A DNA stretch of 64,000 bases from an uncultured Christensenellaceae bacterium (lineage in GTDB: Bacteria; Bacillota; Clostridia; Christensenellales; UBA3700). Under the pieces are notes generated by a model. It worked only from the letters and a program-made list of their open reading frames with translations, was not told where the DNA came from and ran no database searches. Of the stretch, positions 1 to 8,707 are shown piece by piece (positions within the stretch are counted from its first letter, which is position 1; every line of letters starts with the position of its first letter). The stretch is taken from positions 587,636 to 651,635 of the forward strand of contig CALWKS010000001.1 in NCBI GenBank assembly GCA_944381325.1, written 5' to 3'. The position numbers and the translations under genes are program-made.

Positions 1-477
1 CTTAAGAACGTCTGCGCCGACACGGGTCATGATTCTCATATTGAGAACAACGTAAATGCTGTCCGTGATCTCGATACCGATCTTGGAGAGCGCGCCGCCT
101 ACAGGACCCATTGAGAACGGAATAACGTACATCGTTCTGCCCTTGTAAGCGCCGTCGAGGATGCCGTAAAGCGTAGCGTACGCTTCTTCAGGTTTCCACC
201 AGTTGTTGGTAGGACCGCAGTCCTCTTTTGTGCGTGAGCAGATAAAGGTTCTGTTCTCAACGCGGGCTACGTCGTTTTCCTTAGTGCGGTGCAAAAGGCA
301 ACCGGGAAGAAGTTCTTCATTGAGTTTGATCATCTCGCCGGTAGCGATAGCTTCAGCAGTCAGTTTGTCGTAAAGTTCCTGAGAGCCGTCGATCCAGACA
401 ACTTTGTCAGGCTGGCAACGCTTCTGAGTCTCTTCGACGAATGCAAGCACTTGCTTATTGGAAGTCAAATCTGTCAT
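1..477 (-). CDS. pck: Phosphoenolpyruvate carboxykinase (GTP), N-terminal 159 codons; continues beyond window start
   Basis: Not in the ORF track because it runs off the edge. Reverse translation from ATG at 477 gives MTDLTSNKQVLAFVEETQKRCQPDKVVWIDGSQ...GPTNNWWKPEEAY...MYVIPFSMGPVGG, the conserved N-terminal region of GTP-PEPCK. RBS AAGGAG lies upstream. Confidence 0.85.
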   Translation of the reverse strand, partial: MTDLTSNKQVLAFVEETQKRCQPDKVVWIDGSQELYDKLTAEAIATGEMIKLNEELLPGCLLHRTKENDVARVENRTFICSRTKEDCGPTNNWWKPEEAYATLYGILDGAYKGRTMYVIPFSMGPVGGALSKIGIEITDSIYVVLNMRIMTRVGADVLK

Positions 478-957
478 ATATGATTCTCCTTATAAAAATA
501 TTTCTGATTGAATTTTAAGTTGCTGAGCGGGTCTCGCTCGCAATCGTTAATATTATATCAAACCTTACATTATTTGGCAAACAAAATATTGTCTTTTTTA
601 TCAACGAACTACCCTTGAGAAATTACTCTGCACGATAGGGCGTTCAGGTCATTTACAGCCTGCCAGTTACCGTCTGCCGCAACATATTATATTGTTAAAT
701 AATTTGTTTATTTATATGTATAAACATACACTGCACAACAAGCCTTATCCGATATAAAATCCGCATAAATTCAGTTATAAAAACACATCATTGCTGTAAC
801 AGTTAAACGAATATTATTTTATCCTCACTATTTTAGTCGTTCCAAAATGATATTAATATTTGATAAAAACGCATTTTTATGCTAAAATAAACTTAATTTT
901 TAAGATTCGTTTCATACACTCAGCATATACTTTTTTATGCAAATAACGGAGGTAATT

Positions 958-2241
958 ATGAAAACTCACAGCAGATTTCTGACCGTAACGGTCATTGTTG
1001 CAATCACTGTTTTAGCGGCGGTTCTTCTCTGCTCATGCATAAATACCGGAGAAGCAGGCGCCTCCGCATATGAAATAGCGGTAAAAAACGGCTTTACAGG
1101 CACTGAGCAGGAATGGCTGGAGAGTCTCAAAGGCACTGACGGCACCGACGGAAAAGACGGCGAAGACAGTCAGGTATCCTTTACTCTCGACGACCTCATA
1201 GCAAAATATCTCGAAGACAATCCGGGCGCTACCGAAGAAGACTTTTACAAGTCTCTCGGCATAGACGTAACCCCAAGCATTACCTCCACCGTACAGCAGG
1301 CGCTTAAGAGTTCTGTCGGCGTAATGTCCACAAATACACGTACGGTATCGTTCGGCTCAGGCGTTATATATAAGCTGGACGGCAACACCGCATATATTAT
1401 CACCAACTACCATGTAATATATGACAGTTTATCGGGTGCTTACAGCAAGGACATCGTAGTTTATCTGTACAACAGAGTCCTTGAAGAGGATATGATAACC
1501 GCCACCGTTATAGGCGCTTCTAAAAACAACGATATATCTGTTCTCAAAGCCACTTCAGACGTATTCCTTGAAGACATCGTACAGCCTGTAAAAGTAAACA
1601 CCAGCGATCCCGTCGCAGGACAGGCAACTTTTGCAATCGGCACTCCCGATGCGTACACCTTCTCTGTTACCTCGGGCATCGTATCGGTAGAATCTGAACA
1701 TATAAGCACTTCGTATTCAGAAAACGTACGCGTTTACCGTACAGACGCGGCGCTCAACAGCGGCAACTCAGGCGGCGGCATGTTCAACGAAAACGGTGAA
1801 CTTATGGGCATTTCAGACGCAAAATCCGCAGACACTTCTGACGACAATATCTGCTACGCGATCCCCGCTTCTCTTGCCGTAGCGGTTGCCGACAACATAA
1901 TCGAAAACGAAGGTCAGCGCTTCCTTATGGGCGTGAATATGGAACTTCAGGATATGACTACCTATGAAGACGAAAACGGAATAATCCGCACCGTATACAC
2001 CTATGCAGTCAAGTCAGTAGAATCAGGCTCTGCCGCCGACGGCAAGATCCAGGCAGGCGACGTGATGGTTTCTGTAGCAATAAACGATGAAGAAGGCGTG
2101 AATATCGACACTTCTTTCAGAGCGCAGGAATATCTTATGAACGCACGCTTCGGCGATACGGTCAACGTAACCGTAAAGAGGAACGGTGAACTCACCACCG
2201 TACAACTCACCGCGGAAGAGAAATACTTCACCGCGATATAA
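958..2241 (+). CDS. Membrane-anchored S1C (HtrA/DegP-like) trypsin-type serine protease with C-terminal PDZ-like domain
   Basis: ORF 937..2241; ATG at 958 is preferred because GGAGG sits 6 nt upstream. N-terminal hydrophobic segment, then catalytic triad contexts TNYHVI, NDISVLK and GNSGGGMF. C-terminal GSAADGKIQAGDVMV is PDZ-like. Confidence 0.8.
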   Translation: MKTHSRFLTVTVIVAITVLAAVLLCSCINTGEAGASAYEIAVKNGFTGTEQEWLESLKGTDGTDGKDGEDSQVSFTLDDLIAKYLEDNPGATEEDFYKSLGIDVTPSITSTVQQALKSSVGVMSTNTRTVSFGSGVIYKLDGNTAYIITNYHVIYDSLSGAYSKDIVVYLYNRVLEEDMITATVIGASKNNDISVLKATSDVFLEDIVQPVKVNTSDPVAGQATFAIGTPDAYTFSVTSGIVSVESEHISTSYSENVRVYRTDAALNSGNSGGGMFNENGELMGISDAKSADTSDDNICYAIPASLAVAVADNIIENEGQRFLMGVNMELQDMTTYEDENGIIRTVYTYAVKSVESGSAADGKIQAGDVMVSVAINDEEGVNIDTSFRAQEYLMNARFGDTVNVTVKRNGELTTVQLTAEEKYFTAI

Positions 2242-2368
2242 AGCTGAAAGTTTTCATCAAATACCAAACCAAAATAAAACAACGCGCGCCTGAATACGGC
2301 GCGCGTTTTGTATAGCTTCAATTTGCAAAGACCATTTTTATCATTTTATTCTTTTCCCGCTGAACTTG

Positions 2369-3019
2369 TCAGGCGACTTTCTTGAGTTTTATTCTCTTCT
2401 TATTCATTTCAATAAGCCCGTCGACCTGCATACGCGAAAGCTCTCTGGTCATAGCGCTTCTGTCCGCGCAGATATATGCCGCAAGCATGGTTACAGACAT
2501 AGGCAGATCGAATTCTTCTCCATACCTCTTTGCCAAAATCTGAAAATAATACATCAGTTTGTCTCTTGTAGTCTTTTTTGACAATATCTCAATACGCTGA
2601 CTTAAAGACAAAGTCTTTTTCGCTATAAGACCGAACATATTGGATACCAGCCTGCTGTGAGGCTCGCAAGCCTTTTCACAACGCTTTGTTATCTGCCCGT
2701 ACTTTATGAACATAACTTCGCATTCGCTTTCTGCCACCACTTTCACGCTGTCCCCCGCCTCGTTTGAAAAAGCCAGAACTTCTCCAAATATATCCCCTGC
2801 GGAAAAAAGCTCCATGACAGCGACTTCTCCGTTTTCATCTGTGCGTATCATCGACGCGCTTCCTTCAAGCATAACGCCCACGTCGTCGCCTGTATCGGAA
2901 TAATCGCAAACCGTCGCGCCCTCTCTGAACTTTTTCACTTTTGCACCGAAGCATATCGCCATACGGTTTACGTCTTCTTCGCTTATTCCCTCAAACAGAT
3001 TTATTTCTGAATATTTCAT
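2369..3019 (-). CDS. Crp/Fnr-family transcriptional regulator (cNMP-binding domain plus C-terminal HTH)
   Basis: ORF 2369..3031 starts at TTG. ATG at 3019 (MKYSEINLFEG) has GAGG 6 nt upstream. Beta-roll cNMP-like region (GDIFGE) and C-terminal HTH (RSAMTRELSRMQVDGLI). Confidence 0.8.
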   Translation of the reverse strand: MKYSEINLFEGISEEDVNRMAICFGAKVKKFREGATVCDYSDTGDDVGVMLEGSASMIRTDENGEVAVMELFSAGDIFGEVLAFSNEAGDSVKVVAESECEVMFIKYGQITKRCEKACEPHSRLVSNMFGLIAKKTLSLSQRIEILSKKTTRDKLMYYFQILAKRYGEEFDLPMSVTMLAAYICADRSAMTRELSRMQVDGLIEMNKKRIKLKKVA

Positions 3020-3032
3020 ATTTTTCCTCAAA

Positions 3033-3050
3033 ATGTTGCAAATGCAACAT
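3033..3050. promoter_or_regulatory. Perfect inverted repeat ATGTTGCA-AA-TGCAACAT (core TGTTG-N6-CAACA), candidate Crp/Fnr-type operator in the divergent promoter region
   Basis: Read directly: 8-bp arms are exact reverse complements. The 5-N6-5 geometry matches CRP-type sites. It lies between the Crp/Fnr gene (minus) and the 3134 operon (plus). Confidence 0.45.
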
Positions 3051-3133
3051 ATATTTATTCTAAAATTATGTTATAGTATTTAAGGTTAAAAGTAAAGCGA
3101 TTTTAAACACTATATATACGGGAGGACACAAAC

Positions 3134-3400
3134 ATGATTAAAGTTAATGTCAACGGCGGCAATCTTGAACAGAAAGAAATTGACGCATATATCGATTACG
3201 GCAAAAAGAAATACCCTGACAAGAACATTACCCAGATGGACGTTACTCTTGACGGCGAATACGTAAATCTCAAATACACTTTTGAGAATATACCTTTTGA
3301 GAGAATCCGCCGCATTACAGGATATCTCGTAGGCACTCTCGACCGTTTCAACAACGCTAAGCGCGCTGAAGAAAGAGACCGCGTAAAGCACGGCATCTGA
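3134..3400 (+). CDS. Small (88 aa) stand-alone protein with NrdD-type C-terminal glycyl-radical motif
   Basis: C-terminus RIRRITGYLVGTLDRFNNAKRAEERDRVKH parallels the class III RNR (NrdD) C-terminus as I recall it (RRVCGYLG....FNAGKQEEVKRRVKH). GGAGG RBS lies 7 nt upstream. Confidence 0.6.
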   Translation: MIKVNVNGGNLEQKEIDAYIDYGKKKYPDKNITQMDVTLDGEYVNLKYTFENIPFERIRRITGYLVGTLDRFNNAKRAEERDRVKHGI

Positions 3401-3431
3401 AAAAGAATAATAATAAGAGGAAAATATAAAA

Positions 3432-4631
3432 ATGGCGGCAAATAAGATAACCGATAAAGTTTACAGCGTAGGCGTTCAGAATCCCGACCTTCGCGTCTTC
3501 GACATAGTAATGGCTACCCGTTACGGCACGAGTTACAACTCTTATATCGTAAAGGGTGAAGAAATTGCGCTTATCGAAGCGTCTCATGCGGATTTCGGCG
3601 GTTTTTACGAAGCTAACATCCGCGAAGTTACCGACCCTGCAAAAATCAAATACATTATTCTCAACCATACAGAGCCCGACCATTCGGGCGCGCTCGCAGA
3701 TCTTATCAGACTCTGCCCCGACGCTACCGTACTTGCAACCGCAGTAGCTCTGAATTATCTGAAGAATATCGTAAACGCACCTTTCAAATCACGTCCCGTT
3801 AAGGACGGCGAAGTCCTCGACCTCGGCGGTGTGACCCTCAACTTTACCGTATCGCCCCTTCTCCACTGGCCTGACAGTATGTTCACTTACTGCCCTGAAG
3901 AAAAGGTGCTGTTCAGCTGCGACGTATTCGGATCACACTACAGCAGTGAAAAGGTTCTCGACAAAGACGTTGAAAACGTTGAAGGTTACAGAGAAGCATT
4001 CAAAGGTTATTACGACGCTATTTTCGGACCTTTCAAGCCCTTTGTAGTTGCAGGCATGGCAAAGATCGCAAAATATCCTTTTGAAATCGTATGCCCGAGC
4101 CACGGTCCCGTTCTCACCAAGGACGGACAACTCCCCTACGTGCTTGAAAAATACCGTGAATGGAGCAAAACGGTTAAAAACGCGGTCAAGAAAATCCCCG
4201 TATTCTACTGCTCAGCTTACGGCTGCACCGCAAAACTTGCAGAAGCAATCGCTGAAGGCGTAAATGAAGTAATTCCCGATGCAGACTGCAAGACATACAA
4301 CATCATTGAAAACGATATGGCGGCAATGCGTGCAGAGATCAATGCTTGCGACGCTTGTGCAATCGGCTCGCCCACTCTGAACTCCGACGCAGTACCTCCC
4401 GTATGGGATCTGCTCGCAGGAGTCGACGCGATCAACAGTCGCAAAAAGCCTGTCGCGGTGTTCGGCTCATACGGCTGGAGCGGCGAAGCCGTCCCCAACC
4501 TGATCGCAAGAGTAAGCGGTCTTAAAATGGCAGTAGTCGGCGAAGGACTCAAAGTTTGCTTTGTCCCCACCGCAGACGACCTCAATGCCGCAAAAGAATA
4601 CGGCAGACAGCTTGCATCTGCAATAAAATAA
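3432..4631 (+). CDS. fprA: Flavodiiron protein (metallo-beta-lactamase-like diiron domain plus flavodoxin domain), O2/NO reductase type
   Basis: 399 aa. Diiron ligand motif ILNHTEPDHSG, and a C-terminal flavodoxin-like domain (VFYCSAYGCT...FGSYGWSGEA). Confidence 0.85.
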   Translation: MAANKITDKVYSVGVQNPDLRVFDIVMATRYGTSYNSYIVKGEEIALIEASHADFGGFYEANIREVTDPAKIKYIILNHTEPDHSGALADLIRLCPDATVLATAVALNYLKNIVNAPFKSRPVKDGEVLDLGGVTLNFTVSPLLHWPDSMFTYCPEEKVLFSCDVFGSHYSSEKVLDKDVENVEGYREAFKGYYDAIFGPFKPFVVAGMAKIAKYPFEIVCPSHGPVLTKDGQLPYVLEKYREWSKTVKNAVKKIPVFYCSAYGCTAKLAEAIAEGVNEVIPDADCKTYNIIENDMAAMRAEINACDACAIGSPTLNSDAVPPVWDLLAGVDAINSRKKPVAVFGSYGWSGEAVPNLIARVSGLKMAVVGEGLKVCFVPTADDLNAAKEYGRQLASAIK

Positions 4632-4683
4632 TACCTTTAAATCTTTCGACTTACACTTTTAAATTCACCACAACATAAAAAAA

Positions 4684-4710
4684 ATGCGACCCCTTTCGGG
4701 TCGCATTTTT
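4684..4710 (+). terminator. Rho-independent terminator after the flavodiiron gene
   Basis: Stem GCGACCC / GGGTCGC with a 5-nt loop, followed by TTTTT. Confidence 0.8.
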
Positions 4711-4770
4711 ACACTTTCCTGTTTAACATCTCTGTTTTTAATATCGTTCTTAACAGCTAAATAGGCTTAA

Positions 4771-6784
4771 ATTTTTAGTAAAAGTTAAATTACACTGTTC
4801 TAAAACGTGTCGGAACGTCGGCGGACGATTTATAGGTTTCGTAACCGTTTGAAATTACACTGTTCTAAAACATGGCGGTATAACTGACGCAAACTTTATA
4901 AGTTTCGTAACCGTTTGAAATTACACTGTTCTAAAACACTGCTTCGAAGAACGACCAAATAAACGAGGTTTCGTAACCGTTTGAAATTACACTGTTCTAA
5001 AACACCTCGTAAGAGATCTCGTTAATAATATTTGTTTCGTAACCGTTTGAAATTACACTGTTCTAAAACTAACGCATTGACAGAAGCAATGAACGCAAAG
5101 TTTCGTAACCGTTTGAAATTACACTGTTCTAAAACTCCTGATCTGTAATTATTCGCTTTACCTTAGTTTCGTAACCGTTTGAAATTACACTGTTCTAAAA
5201 CTTTACCGCAAGCGCGATCACCGCAGAGACAGTTTCGTAACCGTTTGAAATTACACTGTTCTAAAACGCGTCGTTCTGAAGAACACGAAGAAAGCCGGTT
5301 TCGTAACCGTTTGAAATTACACTGTTCTAAAACGTTTTGTAAGCAATTTATAATAATAGCAAGGTTTCGTAACCGTTTGAAATTACACTGTTCTAAAACC
5401 GTACTGCCGTTTCTACGTTACCACGCAGAGTTTCGTAACCGTTTGAAATTACACTGTTCTAAAACCCATTTTTGCGCGGATCTGTCGCCGCGTTTGTTTC
5501 GTAACCGTTTGAAATTACACTGTTCTAAAACCGCCGCAAGCTTTAAAAGAAAGATTAACGTGTTTCGTAACCGTTTGAAATTACACTGTTCTAAAACTAA
5601 AGGTTTTTGATAATTAACTTTGTGAATGTTTCGTAACCGTTTGAAATTACACTGTTCTAAAACTTGATGTCGTTTTTGCTTTTTATTCTTACAGTTTCGT
5701 AACCGTTTGAAATTACACTGTTCTAAAACTCTTTTTTTATGCAAAAAATAGGGCGATTAGTTTCGTAACCGTTTGAAATTACACTGTTCTAAAACTAATT
5801 CCATAGGTCAGCAACACCGCGCATAGTTTCGTAACCGTTTGAAATTACACTGTTCTAAAACGCGCCGGACGAGCTGACGGTCGTGGAAGATGTTTCGTAA
5901 CCGTTTGAAATTACACTGTTCTAAAACTATGATGTTCTACATTTACGGTTATATTATGTTTCGTAACCGTTTGAAATTACACTGTTCTAAAACTATCCCC
6001 AACTTTCAAGTCGTTCAGCCAATGTTTCGTAACCGTTTGAAATTACACTGTTCTAAAACCGTTTCTTTGGTATTATGTTCAGCCTGTCAGTTTCGTAACC
6101 GTTTGAAATTACACTGTTCTAAAACTTATGATAACCGATATAAGCAATTTTACGTGTTTCGTAACCGTTTGAAATTACACTGTTCTAAAACAACATTAAG
6201 GTAAGATCTATAATATAAATAGTTTCGTAACCGTTTGAAATTACACTGTTCTAAAACCACTCAAAGATAACCGCCGTATTGTTACCGGTTTCGTAACCGT
6301 TTGAAATTACACTGTTCTAAAACAAGGAGATACGAAAAAATGAACGAAATCAAGTTTCGTAACCGTTTGAAATTACACTGTTCTAAAACTTGTCGTAGCG
6401 GTCGTGGGCTTCTGCTCTCGTTTCGTAACCGTTTGAAATTACACTGTTCTAAAACTTATTACGCGCGTACGTGTTTATATGGACAGTTTCGTAACCGTTT
6501 GAAATTACACTGTTCTAAAACTTGCTTGCTGACTTGACACTCTGTTAAGTCGTTTCGTAACCGTTTGAAATTACACTGTTCTAAAACGTAAAGCCTTATT
6601 TATAGAGTAAAACAAGCGTTTCGTAACCGTTTGAAATTACACTGTTCTAAAACCGGACCATCTCAATGACGGATATGTTTTTGTTTCGTAACCGTTTGAA
6701 ATTACACTGTTCTAAAACTATTTACCCCGTCTGTGGCACTTGACGGAGGTTTCGTAACCGTTTGAAATTACACTGTTCTAAAAC
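4771..6784 (-). CRISPR. Type II-A CRISPR array: 30 identical 36-nt repeats plus 1 degenerate distal repeat, 30 unique spacers (28 of 30 nt, 2 of 29 nt)
   Basis: Repeat on the minus strand is GTTTTAGAACAGTGTAATTTCAAACGGTTACGAAAC. The period is 66 nt from 4836 to 6784. The copy at 4771-4806 keeps only the first ~20 nt (minus reading), as expected for the oldest end. Orientation matches the cas operon. Confidence 0.98.
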
Positions 6785-6841
6785 CTCAAATTCAGGTAAG
6801 AACAACTGAGTTGTGAGCTCCGGCAACTTCTTTTTATACGA
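6785..6841 (-). promoter_or_regulatory. CRISPR leader, only 57 nt between the csn2 stop and the first repeat, ending in ATTTGAG
   Basis: Minus-strand reading: TCGTATAAAAAGAAGTTGCCGGAGCTCACAACTCAGTTGTTCTTACCTGAATTTGAG followed by the repeat. It contains a TATAAA -10-like hexamer. Confidence 0.7.
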
Positions 6842-7519
6842 TTACTTTATTATTATATCACTGTAGTCATTATCAATAAACACTTTTTGCTCATATTGCA
6901 GAACTTTTTCGCTATGATTATTTTCAAGCAATACAAGTCCTATCCCTTTATAAAGAAAGTGACGATATAAAGTAACAAGTTCATCATCACTTAAATAGGC
7001 TTTCAACTGCACTGCAAGAATTGCCTTGCAAAGTTTCAGTTCTGCACAAACATTGACAAACTGAATAAGCATATCTAAGAATGAGTTTTCACCTGTCATC
7101 GGCTTCAACCCGACAAATGAAAACATATCTTTCAGATCTATTTCTTCAGATGTATCAAAATCAATATCAATATCTGCAAGCATTTTCAATAAGCCGTTTT
7201 TCAATTCCTTTACAGCTTTGCTAAGTATAGAAAAATCTGTAAATTTGTAGTTCAGCTCTTTTTCCAAATGCTTATACAATTTTGTCAGCATCTGACGCCC
7301 GAACATATCCGGATTCACAAAATCGCTCAAACACTGCAATTGACTCTCATTCAGAGCGATATTGTTTTCAACCACTGCAACTTCTCTTGCGGGAAAAGTC
7401 TGTTCTTTAAAATCCAGAATAACATTGCGAAAAATCTGCTTTGGAAGTATTTCCAACACCGCAATATTTTCAGAAAGTTCAATGCAGGCATTTTCACAAT
7501 TATACATCATCATTTTCAT
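6842..7519 (-). CDS. csn2: Csn2 (type II-A adaptation protein, short form)
   Basis: 225 aa, last gene of the cas operon next to the leader. Size and C-terminal pattern (LVLLENNHSEK...IDNDY) resemble S. pyogenes-type Csn2. ATGA overlap with cas2. Confidence 0.85.
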   Translation of the reverse strand: MKMMMYNCENACIELSENIAVLEILPKQIFRNVILDFKEQTFPAREVAVVENNIALNESQLQCLSDFVNPDMFGRQMLTKLYKHLEKELNYKFTDFSILSKAVKELKNGLLKMLADIDIDFDTSEEIDLKDMFSFVGLKPMTGENSFLDMLIQFVNVCAELKLCKAILAVQLKAYLSDDELVTLYRHFLYKGIGLVLLENNHSEKVLQYEQKVFIDNDYSDIIIK

Positions 7520-7833
7520 AAAATCACCATACGGTTGTCTTTATTGACAACATCTGTTTCAAAAGGATCACAGCATATTTCAATACTTTCAAATTGTTTT
7601 TCTGTAATTGTCAACATCATAACACTCCCTTTTTTGGGCAGCATTTTACGGGTTTTTGCTTTTATAGAATCCATTCCTGTTGCATTCAAAGCAAGCTTGC
7701 AATAAACGGATTCCTGCAGCATGATAAAGCCGTTTTCAACCAGTTTTTTCTGAAACTTAAATGCCGCTTTCCTTTCTGCAGAAGTTTCTCTCGGCAGGTC
7801 ATAAAAAAGTAATAATCTCATATATCTGTAACT
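7516..7833 (-). CDS. cas2: Cas2
   Basis: ORF 7516..7899. The start at MSYRYMRLLLFYDLP (7833) is preferred because it sits just downstream of the cas1 stop (7838). Typical Cas2 N-terminal beta-strand (LLLFYDLP). Confidence 0.9.
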   Translation of the reverse strand, partial: SYRYMRLLLFYDLPRETSAERKAAFKFQKKLVENGFIMLQESVYCKLALNATGMDSIKAKTRKMLPKKGSVMMLTITEKQFESIEICCDPFETDVVNKDNRMVIL

Positions 7834-7837
7834 CATA

Positions 7838-8707
7838 TCATTTAAACTCGTATAATTGCAAAAGCTCAGGTTTGTTTTTATCAAGACTGTCAATAACACT
7901 CTTTACACAAACCGCGATTGCATTGTGAAGATATTTTTTATCTCCAAGCTCAACTGTCTTATTCAGCAGATTGACCAGATCGTGTTTATAATCTTTATCG
8001 AAAGGTCTGTTGCGGTTGAAATACACAAATTCGTCTACTATCACTCTGAAAGGCTCTATTATATCGCAAGAAAGATTGAACCCGTTAAACTCGTTTATAT
8101 GAACAAGACCTAGCTGAGTGAGACAACCGTTGGCTACAATTTCTCTGTTTATACAAGATAAAAGAATAGTATAACCATAATTCAAAGCACTGTTGACATC
8201 GCACTCTGTATTTCTGCTGAAATCAAGTCCGAAAAGCGTGTTAAAAAAAACTTTTGCAGAATGTCCTTCTCTGTTAGTACTGTCTCCGGCAATCAATTCC
8301 TGCGCAAATATCTTTAAAAGTTCTGCTCTGTCATCCGCTCCGATTTTAGACAGCAAAGCCGCTTGATTCAATATCTTTCGTTGGATTATTCTATACCCAA
8401 CTTCCTTTACTGTGTCTGAATTCCAATTTATTTGCTGTTTTATTCTTTTTGAAGAATTATGAGAGCCGTAATAATCTGAAAGTTCAGCATAGGGATTGTG
8501 TTTTTCATCACAAAACACTGTTTTAATATTACGTTTTGAAAGTTCACACAATGCTACGCCTGTAACAGTAACATTGGTCGTAGCTATCATAAGATAATGT
8601 ATCTCCGACAAATGGATTTTCTTCACATCGTCGGCTCTGATTATCAGATAGTTGCCTGCACAACTTATTTTACAAGGCGACTCGATTACAACACTTCTCC
8701 AGCCCAA
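7838..8707 (-). CDS. cas1: Cas1 integrase
   Basis: 289 aa. N-terminus (M)GWRSVVI parallels S. pyogenes Cas1 MAGWRTVVV. TTG start, overlapping the cas9 3' end by 22 nt. Confidence 0.93.
   Translation of the reverse strand: MGWRSVVIESPCKISCAGNYLIIRADDVKKIHLSEIHYLMIATTNVTVTGVALCELSKRNIKTVFCDEKHNPYAELSDYYGSHNSSKRIKQQINWNSDTVKEVGYRIIQRKILNQAALLSKIGADDRAELLKIFAQELIAGDSTNREGHSAKVFFNTLFGLDFSRNTECDVNSALNYGYTILLSCINREIVANGCLTQLGLVHINEFNGFNLSCDIIEPFRVIVDEFVYFNRNRPFDKDYKHDLVNLLNKTVELGDKKYLHNAIAVCVKSVIDSLDKNKPELLQLYEFK

Noticed and set aside
289-483. 64-aa plus-strand ORF at the window start
   Set aside because: It lies antisense within the clearly identifiable pck coding region.
5179-6537. ORFs 5179..5610, 5418..5744, 5890..6204 and 6301..6537, with repetitive FRNRLKLHCSKT / VLEQCNFKRLRN peptides
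   Set aside because: They are translations of the CRISPR repeats. The periodic 22-aa pattern follows the 66-nt repeat-spacer period.
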